NCBI GenBank assembly: GCA_045863395.1
Contig: BTVJ01000061.1
Span: 1-43,448 of the forward strand
Length of the DNA: 43,448 nt
Direction of reading: 5' to 3'
DNA from: Myxococcales bacterium
GTDB taxonomy: Bacteria > Myxococcota_A > UBA9042 > JABWCM01 > BTVJ01
Both the position numbers and the translations under genes were made by a program. The notes under the pieces were generated by a model. The model was not told the origin of the DNA. It did not search any database and saw nothing but the letters and a program-made list of their open reading frames with translations. This document shows positions 9,468-18,502 of this stretch, piece by piece (position 1 is the stretch's first letter; the number at the start of each line of letters is the position of its first letter).

Positions 9468-10328
9468 GTGAGGCCCGTGGACGCGCCCCCCTCCGAGCAC
9501 CGCCCCCCGAACCTGCCAGTCGGCGTCGATGTGGACGCCATTCGCCGCGTCGACCGGGTCATCCGCCCTCTCGGGCGGCTCTGGTTCCGTCACGAGACCC
9601 GGGGCCTGGAGCGGGTGCCACCGGGCGCGACCCTGGTCGTGGGGAACCACTCGGGGGGCAAGCTGCCCATCGACGCCATGCTGTTCGTCGGGGACTGGTA
9701 TCGGCACTTCGAGTGGCGCCGCCCCCTCTACGGGCTGTCCCATGACATGCTCACCGGCTCCATACGGCTCCGCGCCGCGCTGTGGCGGGCGGGAATCGTC
9801 CGGGCGTCGCGGCGCAACGCCGAGGGCCTCCTCGGGCGCGGAGACGCCGTCATCGTGCTGCCCGGCGGCGAGTACGAGACCTTCCGGCCCTGGCACCACA
9901 GGAACCGCATCGTCTTCGGCGATCACCGCGGCTTCGCCCAGGTGGCGCTGCGCACGGGCGTGCCCATCACGCCCTTCGTGTGCATCGGGGGCCACGAGAT
10001 GTTCATGATCCTCGCCCGCGGCGAGCGCCTCGCGCGGCGCCTGCTGCCGGCCCGCTGGCGCGTCGAGTCCTTCCCCATCACGCTGGGGCTGCCCTTCGGC
10101 CTGTACGTGGGGCCCATCCCTGCGCCGCTGCCCCTGCCCTCCCGCATCGTCGCCGAGGTGCTTCACCCCGTCTATCTGAACCGGGAGGAGGCGGACCACC
10201 CGGCGTGGGAGGCACGCCACGCCCATGACCCCGTGGTCGTGGCGCGGGCGGCCCGGGTGGTCACCTCACGCATGCAGGCTGCGCTCGACCGCCTCGCCGC
10301 CGAGCGGCGCTGGCCCGTGGTGGGGTGA
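9468..10328 (+). CDS. Lysophospholipid/glycerol acyltransferase family protein (PlsC/DGAT2-like)
   Basis: VGNHSGGKLPID (H...D catalytic motif), PGGEYE, RGFAQVALRTGVPITP. Confidence 0.88.
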   Translation: MRPVDAPPSEHRPPNLPVGVDVDAIRRVDRVIRPLGRLWFRHETRGLERVPPGATLVVGNHSGGKLPIDAMLFVGDWYRHFEWRRPLYGLSHDMLTGSIRLRAALWRAGIVRASRRNAEGLLGRGDAVIVLPGGEYETFRPWHHRNRIVFGDHRGFAQVALRTGVPITPFVCIGGHEMFMILARGERLARRLLPARWRVESFPITLGLPFGLYVGPIPAPLPLPSRIVAEVLHPVYLNREEADHPAWEARHAHDPVVVARAARVVTSRMQAALDRLAAERRWPVVG

Positions 10329-10332
10329 ACCC

Positions 10333-11163
10333 GTGGCGACGTGGGCCATCGGCGACGTGCAGGGCTGCCACGTCACGCTGCAGCGCCTGCTGCGGCGCAT
10401 CGGGTGGCGCCCGGGCGGTGACCGCCTGTGGTTGACGGGCGACATGGTCAACCGCGGCGCCGGCTCCCTGGACGTGCTGCGCTGGGTCGTCGCCCACGAG
10501 CGGGCCGTGACGACCGTGCTCGGCAACCACGACATCCACCTGCTGGCACGGGCCGCGGACCTCGTGCGGCCCAAGTCGCGGGACACGCTGGAGGAGCTGC
10601 TCGCGGCCCCGGACCTGCCGGACCTCCTCGCGTGGCTGCGCCGCCAGCCCCTGGTGCACCGGGAGGGGGAGTGGACCATGGTCCACGCGGGGCTCCTGCC
10701 GGACTGGACCCTTGAGCGAGCACAGGAGCTCGCCGTGGAGGCCGAGGCGCTGCTCGCCCAGCCCGACGGCGCCTTCCTGGTCGAGCTGTTCAAGACGCGA
10801 GCGGACCAGCCCTGGGACGAGGCGGTCCAAGGCGTGGGCCGGCACGCGGCGGTGGTCGGTGCCCTCACCCGGCTCCGGACCGTGGCCCTGGACGGGGCGC
10901 CCTGTGTGACCTACAGCGGGCCGCCGTCCGGGGCGCCCGACGGCTGCATCGCGTGGTTCGATCACCCGCTGCGCAAGAGCAGGGGCCACCGGATCATCTT
11001 CGGCCACTGGGCGTCCCTGGGGCTGTATCGGGGAGCCGACGCCGTCGGGGTGGACACGGGCTGCGTCTGGGGCGGCGCCCTGACCGCGTGGCGCCTCGAC
11101 GACGGCCGCGTCGAGCAGGAGCCCGCCGCCGCCGAGGACCTGACGATGGCGAGGAAGACATGA
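10333..11163 (+). CDS. apaH: Symmetrical bis(5'-nucleosyl)-tetraphosphatase ApaH
   Basis: AIGDVQGC, GDMVNRG, VLGNHD, VHAGLLP, FGHWASLG and DTGCVWGG motifs; GTG start at 10333. Confidence 0.93.
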   Translation: MATWAIGDVQGCHVTLQRLLRRIGWRPGGDRLWLTGDMVNRGAGSLDVLRWVVAHERAVTTVLGNHDIHLLARAADLVRPKSRDTLEELLAAPDLPDLLAWLRRQPLVHREGEWTMVHAGLLPDWTLERAQELAVEAEALLAQPDGAFLVELFKTRADQPWDEAVQGVGRHAAVVGALTRLRTVALDGAPCVTYSGPPSGAPDGCIAWFDHPLRKSRGHRIIFGHWASLGLYRGADAVGVDTGCVWGGALTAWRLDDGRVEQEPAAAEDLTMARKT

Positions 11164-11831
11164 GGCGCGACGAGAAGCTCCGGCGGATCATGGAGACGCT
11201 GGACACGCTGGTGCCCGACCCGGGCGTGCCGCTCGACCACGCGGACCCCTTCACGCTCCTCGTGGCGGTGGTGCTCTCGGCCCAGACCACCGACAAGAAG
11301 GTCAACCAGGTGACGCCAGCCCTGTTCGCGCTGGCGCCCACCCCCGAGCGCATGGCCGCGCTCGGCGTCGAGCAGGTGCGGGACGTGATCCGGGAGGTCG
11401 GGCTCGCGCCGCAGAAGGCGAAGGCGCTCGTGGGGCTGGCAGGGCGACTCGTCGCCGAGCACGGCGGGCAGGTGCCCGCGGACCAGGCGGCGCTGGAGGC
11501 GCTCCCCGGAGTCGGCGCCAAGACCGCACAGGTGGTGATGGCGCAGGCCTTCGGCGTGCCCAGCTTCCCCGTGGACACCCACATCCACCGCCTGGCCACG
11601 CGGTGGGGGCTCACCGACGGGCGCAGCGTGCAGCAGACCGAGCGCGACCTGAAGCGCCTGTTTCCCAGGGAGTCCTGGAACCGGCTGCACATCCAGATCA
11701 TCCTCTTCGGGCGGGGGTGGTGCCCGGCGCTCTGGCACGATCTCGCCGCGTGCCCCATCTGCTCGTGGGCGGCGAGCAAGGCCAGGATCGAGGAGGAGCG
11801 GCGGGCCAACGACGCGCGGCGCAAGCGGTGA
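11160..11831 (+). CDS. nth: Endonuclease III (HhH-GPD DNA glycosylase)
   Basis: LVAVVLSAQTTD, LPGVGAKTA (HhH), FPVDTHIHR. ATGA overlap with the apaH stop. Confidence 0.93.
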   Translation: MRRDEKLRRIMETLDTLVPDPGVPLDHADPFTLLVAVVLSAQTTDKKVNQVTPALFALAPTPERMAALGVEQVRDVIREVGLAPQKAKALVGLAGRLVAEHGGQVPADQAALEALPGVGAKTAQVVMAQAFGVPSFPVDTHIHRLATRWGLTDGRSVQQTERDLKRLFPRESWNRLHIQIILFGRGWCPALWHDLAACPICSWAASKARIEEERRANDARRKR

Positions 11832-11843
11832 CTGCGCCCCCGG

Positions 11844-14312
11844 TCAGAACGTCTGGACGTGGGTGCCGAACAGCAGCTTGAGGCCCGCCGTCACGTCGGC
11901 GGCGAAGGCCGCCTCCCTCGCGCCCTCCTTGAATACGAACCCGTCGAAGCCGACCGTCAGGGCCAGCGGGCCGGCGATGGCGAAGGCCAGCTCGGCCCCG
12001 AGCAGGCCACGCAGCACATCCGTGCCGCCCGTGTCCGCATAGGAGAGGTCGACGCGGGTGCGCAGGGTGGACGGCGCCTCCAGGATGTCGAACAGGGTCA
12101 GCTTCTGCACCTCGAAGGTCACGTCGAGGCCGTGGGAGAGCGTGTTGCCCGGGTCGAGCAGCTCGCCGCCCAGGCCGTAGCCGACGCTCAGGGTGACCTT
12201 GTCCGTGAACAGCCACTTGATTCCGAGGACGCCGGTGAGCAGCGCGTGGTGGAAGGGGGCGCCCTCGCCGGTGGTCAGCTCGGTCTCGAGGCGCAGCTTG
12301 CTGGAGGGGACGGGCACGAAGGGGGACTCATCGGCGACCGCGTTTCGCAGGGCGAGCCACGCGTAGGTGGTCTCCACCACGGCCAGGTCCTTCTTCTCGC
12401 CCAGGTCGCCGTCCGCCACCTGGGCCTGGGCATAGGCGAGGTCCAGCATGGTGGTCAGCTCGTGGAGGCGGCTCTGGGCCTCGGCCCGCAGGAGGCTCGT
12501 GACCGTGAAGCCGAAGAAGGCGTCCCGCTTGAGCTGGCTCTCGGTGTAGGCGGGGGCGTTGTCGACCGCGGTCTGCTCGTAGCGCAGGCCCACGTCCGCC
12601 GAGAGGCCCCAGACCAGGGCGTCGTAGAGCGCGGGGAAGTCGCCCAGCGAGACACCGCGGCCCCCGCTCGGGCGGCCCGCGAGCCACCGCTCCAGGAGGT
12701 CCCGCAGGGTCGCGTCGGGCGGCAGCCCGTCCATGGGGAGGTCGTCGAACGCGACTCCGTCGGGGAGCTGCTCCAGGAAGCGGTCGCCCCCGAGCGCGAG
12801 GAAGCGGGTCGTCACGACGCGGTACGTGCGGCCCTCGTCGAGGGCGCGGCCGTTGATCTTGAAGCTGGCGCCGTCGCGCTCCACGCCAGCGAAGCGGAGC
12901 GCCGAGGGCACGAGGGCCTCCGCGGGCCCGAAGGTCGCCGCCAGCCACCTGCGGAGCTTGTCGCCGCGCAGGGAGAAGCGCACCAGGTGCCCGCCGTAGG
13001 GAAGCGCGTGGAAGAGCAGGTCCCGGGTGATGGCGCCAGAGAGGGGCGGCCACGTGGGCAGCGCCATGGCCTCCCGGTTGATCACCGCGAGCTCGGTCCG
13101 GGTCTCGAAGCGCATGACCTGGAGGACGTAGGAGAGCAGCTCCTCGGCGTCCAGGGCGCCTTCGACTGCAGCGAGGGGCGTGGCCCAGGCGGCGCAGTAG
13201 TCGCGCCGCACCGCGGCAAGGGTGGCCAGGACCGGCGGGTCCGGCGCGGCAGGGGGGAGCGGCGCCGCGGTGAAGCTGCGGGGGCGGAAGCGCCCGGCGT
13301 AGTGCACCATGTCGGCAGAGATCCGCAGGGGTGGCGCGGAGGCGCCGCCCTGGCCGAGGACCGGGGGGCGCGTGCCGTTGCCCGGGCTGAAGCGGATCTC
13401 GCGGATGTCGTAGCCCCCCTGCTCCGCCCCGAAGCCGTTGACGAGGACCAGGTCCGCCTCGGTGGCCCTCCGCGCGAGCTGGAGCGCTCGGCGCGGCACG
13501 CTCGCCCCGTCGTTGACGTGGGCGAGGACGACCACCAGATCCGCGCGGTCCTCCAGGCGGGCGCGGCGGACGGCGGCGCGAGCCGTGGCGAGGGGCTCGC
13601 TGAAGGTCAGGCCGGCCACGTAGGCGCGGTTGACCAGGAGCGGCGCGTCGTCGCGGGTGACGGGGACGACGGCCACCCGCAGGCCGGCGCGGACGATGAT
13701 CGCGTATCCCCGCTCTGAGACGTCCCCGCGCAGGTGGGGACAGAGGGGGGACACCGCGGGGTCGCAGGCCACGTTGGCGGCGGCGTAGTGGAGCTGGCCG
13801 GCGGAGAGCACGCGGCGCAAGTGCTCCGGCGGGTGGGCCAGGTCCTCGTTGCCGAGCGTGATCAGGTCCAGGTCGAGGCGGCGGAGGAGGCTCGCGAGGG
13901 TCTCCGGGCCGTTGCCGGGCTCGCCCAGGAGGTAGCGGGTGACGGCGGCCGTGCCCAGCAGGTCTCCGGCGTCGAGCAGGATTGGCGGTGGTTGCCCCGC
14001 CTTTGCGAGGCGCGCCCGCTCGGCGTCCACGACCCCCACCAGGGTGGAGAGGTCGGGGCCGTCGCCTCCGGCGGCGCAGCGCACGTCGGCGAAGCGCCCG
14101 TCCAGGTCCGAGGTCAGGAGGAAGGTCAGCGTCACCTCCGGGAACGAGGGGATCGGGTCGCGGCGCTCCTGGCGGGGCGCGGCTTCCGGAGGGCGCCACG
14201 GGTGAGGGGCGCTCGCGAGCGGGCGGCGAGGACGGGGCTCCTCGCCGTCGGGCGGGTGCGCCCTGGCGGGGATGGTCAGGGCGACGAGGGCGAGGGCGAC
14301 GAGTCGGCACAT
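11844..14312 (-). CDS. Secreted 5'-nucleotidase-like protein (degenerate active site) fused to a predicted C-terminal outer-membrane beta-barrel
   Basis: Signal peptide MCRLVALALVALTIPARA; metallophosphoesterase-like TSDLDG, DAGDLL, LGNED; 5'-nucleotidase C-terminal domain (GAITRDLLFHALPY...YRVVTTRFLALGGD); amphipathic beta-strands ending in Phe. Confidence 0.72.
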   Translation of the reverse strand: MCRLVALALVALTIPARAHPPDGEEPRPRRPLASAPHPWRPPEAAPRQERRDPIPSFPEVTLTFLLTSDLDGRFADVRCAAGGDGPDLSTLVGVVDAERARLAKAGQPPPILLDAGDLLGTAAVTRYLLGEPGNGPETLASLLRRLDLDLITLGNEDLAHPPEHLRRVLSAGQLHYAAANVACDPAVSPLCPHLRGDVSERGYAIIVRAGLRVAVVPVTRDDAPLLVNRAYVAGLTFSEPLATARAAVRRARLEDRADLVVVLAHVNDGASVPRRALQLARRATEADLVLVNGFGAEQGGYDIREIRFSPGNGTRPPVLGQGGASAPPLRISADMVHYAGRFRPRSFTAAPLPPAAPDPPVLATLAAVRRDYCAAWATPLAAVEGALDAEELLSYVLQVMRFETRTELAVINREAMALPTWPPLSGAITRDLLFHALPYGGHLVRFSLRGDKLRRWLAATFGPAEALVPSALRFAGVERDGASFKINGRALDEGRTYRVVTTRFLALGGDRFLEQLPDGVAFDDLPMDGLPPDATLRDLLERWLAGRPSGGRGVSLGDFPALYDALVWGLSADVGLRYEQTAVDNAPAYTESQLKRDAFFGFTVTSLLRAEAQSRLHELTTMLDLAYAQAQVADGDLGEKKDLAVVETTYAWLALRNAVADESPFVPVPSSKLRLETELTTGEGAPFHHALLTGVLGIKWLFTDKVTLSVGYGLGGELLDPGNTLSHGLDVTFEVQKLTLFDILEAPSTLRTRVDLSYADTGGTDVLRGLLGAELAFAIAGPLALTVGFDGFVFKEGAREAAFAADVTAGLKLLFGTHVQTF

Positions 14313-14370
14313 GGGGGCTCCGCGGCTGGCGCGCAGGATAGCGCCGCGCGTGGCCCATTGCCATGGCGCG

Positions 14371-15795
14371 TCAGCGGGGACCGGCGCTCTCGCCGGGGGC
14401 AGCCGAGCGCCGGAAGCGCGGCGCCCCGGCGGGTTCGCCTCCAACGCGCTCCCGGAGCTGCCGGATGGCCATCTCGCTGCACAGCTCCGTGACCACCTGC
14501 CCCCGAACCACGCTCTGGACGCCCTTCTCGCAGCGCCGGCCGACCGCCTCGTCGTAGTTGTACCGATCACAGATGGTGATGGACACGAGCGGCAGGACCG
14601 AGCGCGGGATGGAGCCGAAGTCCAGCCGCCGCAGGAACACGGGGAGCGTCTCGAGGCCCAGGCGGAGCAGGGACGGCAGCCGCTGGGGACGCGCGGTCGC
14701 CAGCAGATCCGCGGCGAGGGCGAGCGCCTGCCGGGGCCGGCTCCAGGACCGCCACCGTTCCACCCGCCGGTCGAGCCGCGCGTCGAGGGCGTCGCAGTCG
14801 ACCAGATCGTCGAGGCCCACCCAGCGGTCCCCCACCCGGAACAGCAGCGCCGCCTGCACATAGGCGCAGATCGGGAGGTCGAAGAGCCGCGCCAGCAGGT
14901 AGACCAGCTTCTGCGCCACGTACACCTGACGCCGGGGGAACGGCGCCTGGTCGGCGAGGGCTCCGACGACCCGGTCCATGACCGCGTCCACGGACAGCAG
15001 TGACGCCGGGGGCGCGTCGCGGGTGCCGCCGAGCGCCGCCGTTCCTTGGAACGTCAGCCCCCGCACGAAGTCGTGACCCTGCGCATAGGCGAGCAGGCGC
15101 TGGAGCTGGGCGGCTCCGTAGGACGTCTCCTCGCCAGGCGCGATGGTGTGGCCGAGGACCGTCGAGACGCCGTGCCGCTCCAGGTTGTCGAGCGCAAGGA
15201 GCTTGCGCTCGCGGACCCTCCCCACGGGGAGGTGGCGGTAGTCGGCCTCCTCGAAGCCCTCGAAGGTCATGCGCACCTCGACGCGCCCCGCCTCCTGGAC
15301 GAGCCGCCGCACGGTCGCCTCGTCGGCGAAGGCGAGCCCGTTGGTGTAGACCACGAGCGTCTTGCGGGCGCGGCGCACGGCGCCCACGAAGTCGAAGAAG
15401 CGCGGGTGGCTCAGCGGCTCGCCGCCGATGAGGCTGACCTTCTCCCCCGAGTAGCCGCGCAGCCGCTGTTCGAAGTCGACGAGGGGGTAGTCCTCGAAGT
15501 ATGGGTAGCGGTTGGCCTCCGTCAGGCAGTAGCCGCACCCCAGGTTGCAGGCATTCGTGATGAAGTAGTAGGTGTCGACCGTGGGCTGGGGCGGCTCGTG
15601 CGGGGGGAAGAGCGTGTGGAAGGCCCGGTCGAGGCGCAGATAGTCGTCGCCGTTGTGCGACAGGGGGACCATGCGCTCCCCGTGCTCGGCGCACCGCTTC
15701 ACGAGGGCGACGGTGGTGGCGTCGGAGCGAAGCTCCCCGTCGCCGGGCTCCAGGCACACGTCGCAGAGGGACCGAAGGGGACGGAGGGCGTTCAC
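14371..15795 (-). CDS. Radical SAM protein of the Tes/MJ0619 (tetraether lipid synthase-like) family
   Basis: N-terminal SLCDVC...KRCAEHG rubredoxin-like motif, CNLGCGYC radical SAM motif, GGEP, C-terminal YNYD...RRC...LC. GTG 15795 follows AAGGAG. Confidence 0.8.
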   Translation of the reverse strand: MNALRPLRSLCDVCLEPGDGELRSDATTVALVKRCAEHGERMVPLSHNGDDYLRLDRAFHTLFPPHEPPQPTVDTYYFITNACNLGCGYCLTEANRYPYFEDYPLVDFEQRLRGYSGEKVSLIGGEPLSHPRFFDFVGAVRRARKTLVVYTNGLAFADEATVRRLVQEAGRVEVRMTFEGFEEADYRHLPVGRVRERKLLALDNLERHGVSTVLGHTIAPGEETSYGAAQLQRLLAYAQGHDFVRGLTFQGTAALGGTRDAPPASLLSVDAVMDRVVGALADQAPFPRRQVYVAQKLVYLLARLFDLPICAYVQAALLFRVGDRWVGLDDLVDCDALDARLDRRVERWRSWSRPRQALALAADLLATARPQRLPSLLRLGLETLPVFLRRLDFGSIPRSVLPLVSITICDRYNYDEAVGRRCEKGVQSVVRGQVVTELCSEMAIRQLRERVGGEPAGAPRFRRSAAPGESAGPR

Positions 15796-15997
15796 GGTGC
15801 TCCTTCGTGTCGGACAGACACGGTGGGGCATCCTACCTGCGCCGCGCAGCGGGGCCAAGGGCTCGAGCGGCAGGGACCGGGCCGGCCAGTGAAGCCGGGC
15901 CTCGCGCGACGAGCTCCTGGCCGCGGGCCGCCTCCCGGTGGACGGGGGGCGCGCGGTGGACCCGCGTCACGGCCGCCCGCTGCGAGCAAGGATGACG

Positions 15998-16027
15998 TTG
16001 ACACGCCCGCGCTCCCCCTCCGATACT
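15998..16027 (+). promoter_or_regulatory. Sigma70 promoter for the ATP-grasp operon
   Basis: TTGACA-18 nt-GATACT, followed by AAGGAGG SD (16044-16050) and a TTG start at 16055. Confidence 0.65.
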
Positions 16028-16054
16028 CCCGGGCACACCAACCAAGGAGGCCGC

Positions 16055-17521
16055 TTGAGCCCGCACGGTCCCTTCGCCGCCTACCGCCCCCTTCCGGGCA
16101 CCTTCGACGAGCTGATCGGGCCCGACGGGACCGCGCGTCCCGAGGTGGAGCGCATCCTGGCGCACATCGGCGCGACCTCCACCTCGGAGCTGGAGCGGCA
16201 GCAGGGGCTCGCCGAGCTGGCGCTGCTCAACCAGGGCGTGACCTTCTCCGTGTACGCGGACTCCCGGGGGACCGAGAAGATCTTCCCCTACTGCCTGATC
16301 CCCCGCGTGGTGTCCGCCGCCGACTTCACGCACCTGGAGCGGGGCCTGGCGCAGCGCCTCGTCGCCCTCGGCGCCTTCCTCGACGACCTGTATGGGGACC
16401 AGCACATCCTCGACGAGGGCGTCGTCCCGCGGGACCTCGCCCTCGGGGCGGCCGGCTTCCTGCCGTCCCTGTGCGGGGTGCGCCCGCCCGGGGGGGTGCG
16501 CATCCACATCGCCGGCATCGACATCATCCGCAGCCCCGACGGGGTGCTCCGCGTGCTGGAGGACAACCTGCGCACGCCCTCCGGCGTCTCCTACGTGATG
16601 GAGAACCGGGTCATCTCGAAGCGCGTGTTCCCGAAGGCGCTGGACGCGGCGCGGGTGCGGCAGGTGGACCACTACCCCGCGCGCCTCGCGGACACCCTGC
16701 GCTCCGTGGCCCCCGGCGGCGCCACCGATGCCACGGCGGTCCTGCTGACCCCCGGCCCCTTCAACTCCGCGTACTTCGAGCACAGCTTCCTGGCCCGCAC
16801 CATGGGCGTCGAGCTCGTGCAGGCGCCAGACCTGTTCGTGGACGGCGACGAGGTCTTCCTGCGCACGACCCGGGGCCGCCGGCGGGTCCACGTGATCTAC
16901 CGGCGCATCGACGACACCTACCTGGACCCGGACGTCTTCCGCCCCGACAGCGTGCTCGGCGTGCGGGGCCTGATGCGCGCCTGGGCCGCAGGTAACGTGG
17001 CGCTGGCCAACGCGCCGGGCAACGGGGTCGCAGATGACAAGGCCATCTACCCCTTCGTGCCGGACATGATCCGGTTCTATCTCGGAGAGGACCCCATCCT
17101 CGACCAGGTCCCCACCTGGGTCTGCGCCCGCCCGGACGACCGGGCCTTCGTGCTCGACCACCTGGAGGAGCTGGTCGTCAAGGCCGTGGACGAGGCCGGC
17201 GGCTACGGCATGCTCATGGGGCCCCAGGCGACCGCGGCGCAGCTCTCGGACTTCCGGCGCGCGATCCGTGAGACTCCGCGGCGCTACATCGCCCAGCGCC
17301 GCATCGAGCTGTCCACCTGCCCCACCTGGATCGGCGAGTCGCGCACCGTCGCCCCCCGCCGCGTGGACCTGCGCCCTTACGTGCTGACCGGGGTCGACGG
17401 CCCCTGGGTGCTCCCGGGGGGGCTGACCCGCGTCGCGCTGGTCGAGGGCAGCTACGTGGTCAACTCCAGCCAGGGCGGCGGCTCCAAGGACACCTGGGTG
17501 CTCAAGGCCCCCACCCCATGA
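16055..17521 (+). CDS. Circularly permuted type 2 ATP-grasp protein
   Basis: QGVTFSVY, VLEDNLRTPSGVSY, LLTPGPFNSAYFEH, VIYRRIDD, NAPGNGVADDK, RRVDLRP, PGGLTRVAL, VNSSQGGGSKDTWVL. Confidence 0.95.
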   Translation: MSPHGPFAAYRPLPGTFDELIGPDGTARPEVERILAHIGATSTSELERQQGLAELALLNQGVTFSVYADSRGTEKIFPYCLIPRVVSAADFTHLERGLAQRLVALGAFLDDLYGDQHILDEGVVPRDLALGAAGFLPSLCGVRPPGGVRIHIAGIDIIRSPDGVLRVLEDNLRTPSGVSYVMENRVISKRVFPKALDAARVRQVDHYPARLADTLRSVAPGGATDATAVLLTPGPFNSAYFEHSFLARTMGVELVQAPDLFVDGDEVFLRTTRGRRRVHVIYRRIDDTYLDPDVFRPDSVLGVRGLMRAWAAGNVALANAPGNGVADDKAIYPFVPDMIRFYLGEDPILDQVPTWVCARPDDRAFVLDHLEELVVKAVDEAGGYGMLMGPQATAAQLSDFRRAIRETPRRYIAQRRIELSTCPTWIGESRTVAPRRVDLRPYVLTGVDGPWVLPGGLTRVALVEGSYVVNSSQGGGSKDTWVLKAPTP

Positions 17522-17528
17522 GGCGACG

Positions 17529-18461
17529 ATGATCTCGCGGGTCGCAGACCACTGCTTCTGGCTCGGCCGCTACGTGGAGCGTGCCGAGAGCACCGCCCGG
17601 GTGCTCGCCGTGACCCACAACCTGGCCCTGGACGGGGACCTGACGCCGAGCCAGTGCTGGCAGCCGGTGCTGATCGTCGCCGGCGAGGAGGCGGCCTTTA
17701 CGGCCCGGCACGGCGCGCCAGCGGACGGCGAGGAGGTCATGCGCTTCCTGACCTGGGACAACGGCGTCGCCGTGTCATTGCGCTCGTCGGTCCTCTGGGC
17801 CCGGGAGAATGCCCGGTCCATCCGCGAGGTGATCAGCCTCGAGGTGTGGCAGGAGGTCAACGAGCTGCACCTGTGGCTCGGGTCGCCCGACGCCGCGGCA
17901 CAGTATGACGACAACCGCTTCGCGTTCTACCGCGCGGTCCGCCAGCGCACCCAGCTCGTGCTCGGCCTCGTGCGCTCCACCATGCTCCACGACGAGGCCA
18001 TGGACTTCCTCTGGCTCGGGGTGATGCTGGAGCGCCTCGCCCAGACCGCCCGCTTCCTGGACGTCCACCACCACGTGCTCACGTCGCAGCGGAGGCGCCA
18101 CGAGGTGCAGGACACCGCGCTCTGGATCTCGCTCCTGCGCGCCTGCTCCGGTTACGAGCCCTTCGTGAAGCGCTCCCAGGGCCGCGTCACCAGCGCCGCG
18201 GTCGCCCGCTTCCTGGTCCACGAGCGCCAGTTCCCCCGCTCCGTGAGCTACTGCGCCCACGCCGCCCTCGCCGGCTTCCGCGCCATGCGAGACGACCCGG
18301 CGCTGCCCGGCGCGGGCGTCCTGGCCGGCCTGGAGGCGCTCGTCGCGCTGCTGGACGCGCCGCTGGACGAGGCCTCGCTCCACACCCTGCTGACCCAGGT
18401 GGTCGACGCCACCGCCGACGTGTGCACCACCCTCGGCCGGGAGCTGCTCGGCACCGCCTGA
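17529..18461 (+). CDS. Alpha-E domain protein
   Basis: MISRVADHCFWLGRYVERAE, ARENARSIRE, second LER motif and FPRSV; directly follows the ATP-grasp gene. Confidence 0.93.
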   Translation: MISRVADHCFWLGRYVERAESTARVLAVTHNLALDGDLTPSQCWQPVLIVAGEEAAFTARHGAPADGEEVMRFLTWDNGVAVSLRSSVLWARENARSIREVISLEVWQEVNELHLWLGSPDAAAQYDDNRFAFYRAVRQRTQLVLGLVRSTMLHDEAMDFLWLGVMLERLAQTARFLDVHHHVLTSQRRRHEVQDTALWISLLRACSGYEPFVKRSQGRVTSAAVARFLVHERQFPRSVSYCAHAALAGFRAMRDDPALPGAGVLAGLEALVALLDAPLDEASLHTLLTQVVDATADVCTTLGRELLGTA

Positions 18462-18466
18462 CGCGC

Positions 18467-18495
18467 TTTCAAACCCCCTCCGGTTCCGCTAGGCT
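18467..18495 (+). promoter_or_regulatory. Putative leaderless sigma70 promoter
   Basis: TTTCAA-17 nt-TAGGCT, with ATG 7 nt after the -10 box and no SD. Confidence 0.5.
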
Positions 18496-18502
18496 GCGCG
18501 CC

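Noticed and set aside
8451..15795. Single lipid-biosynthesis cluster joining the hydrolase, acyltransferase and Tes-like enzyme
   Set aside because: Opposite strands and separated by apaH and nth; nothing beyond proximity supports a link.
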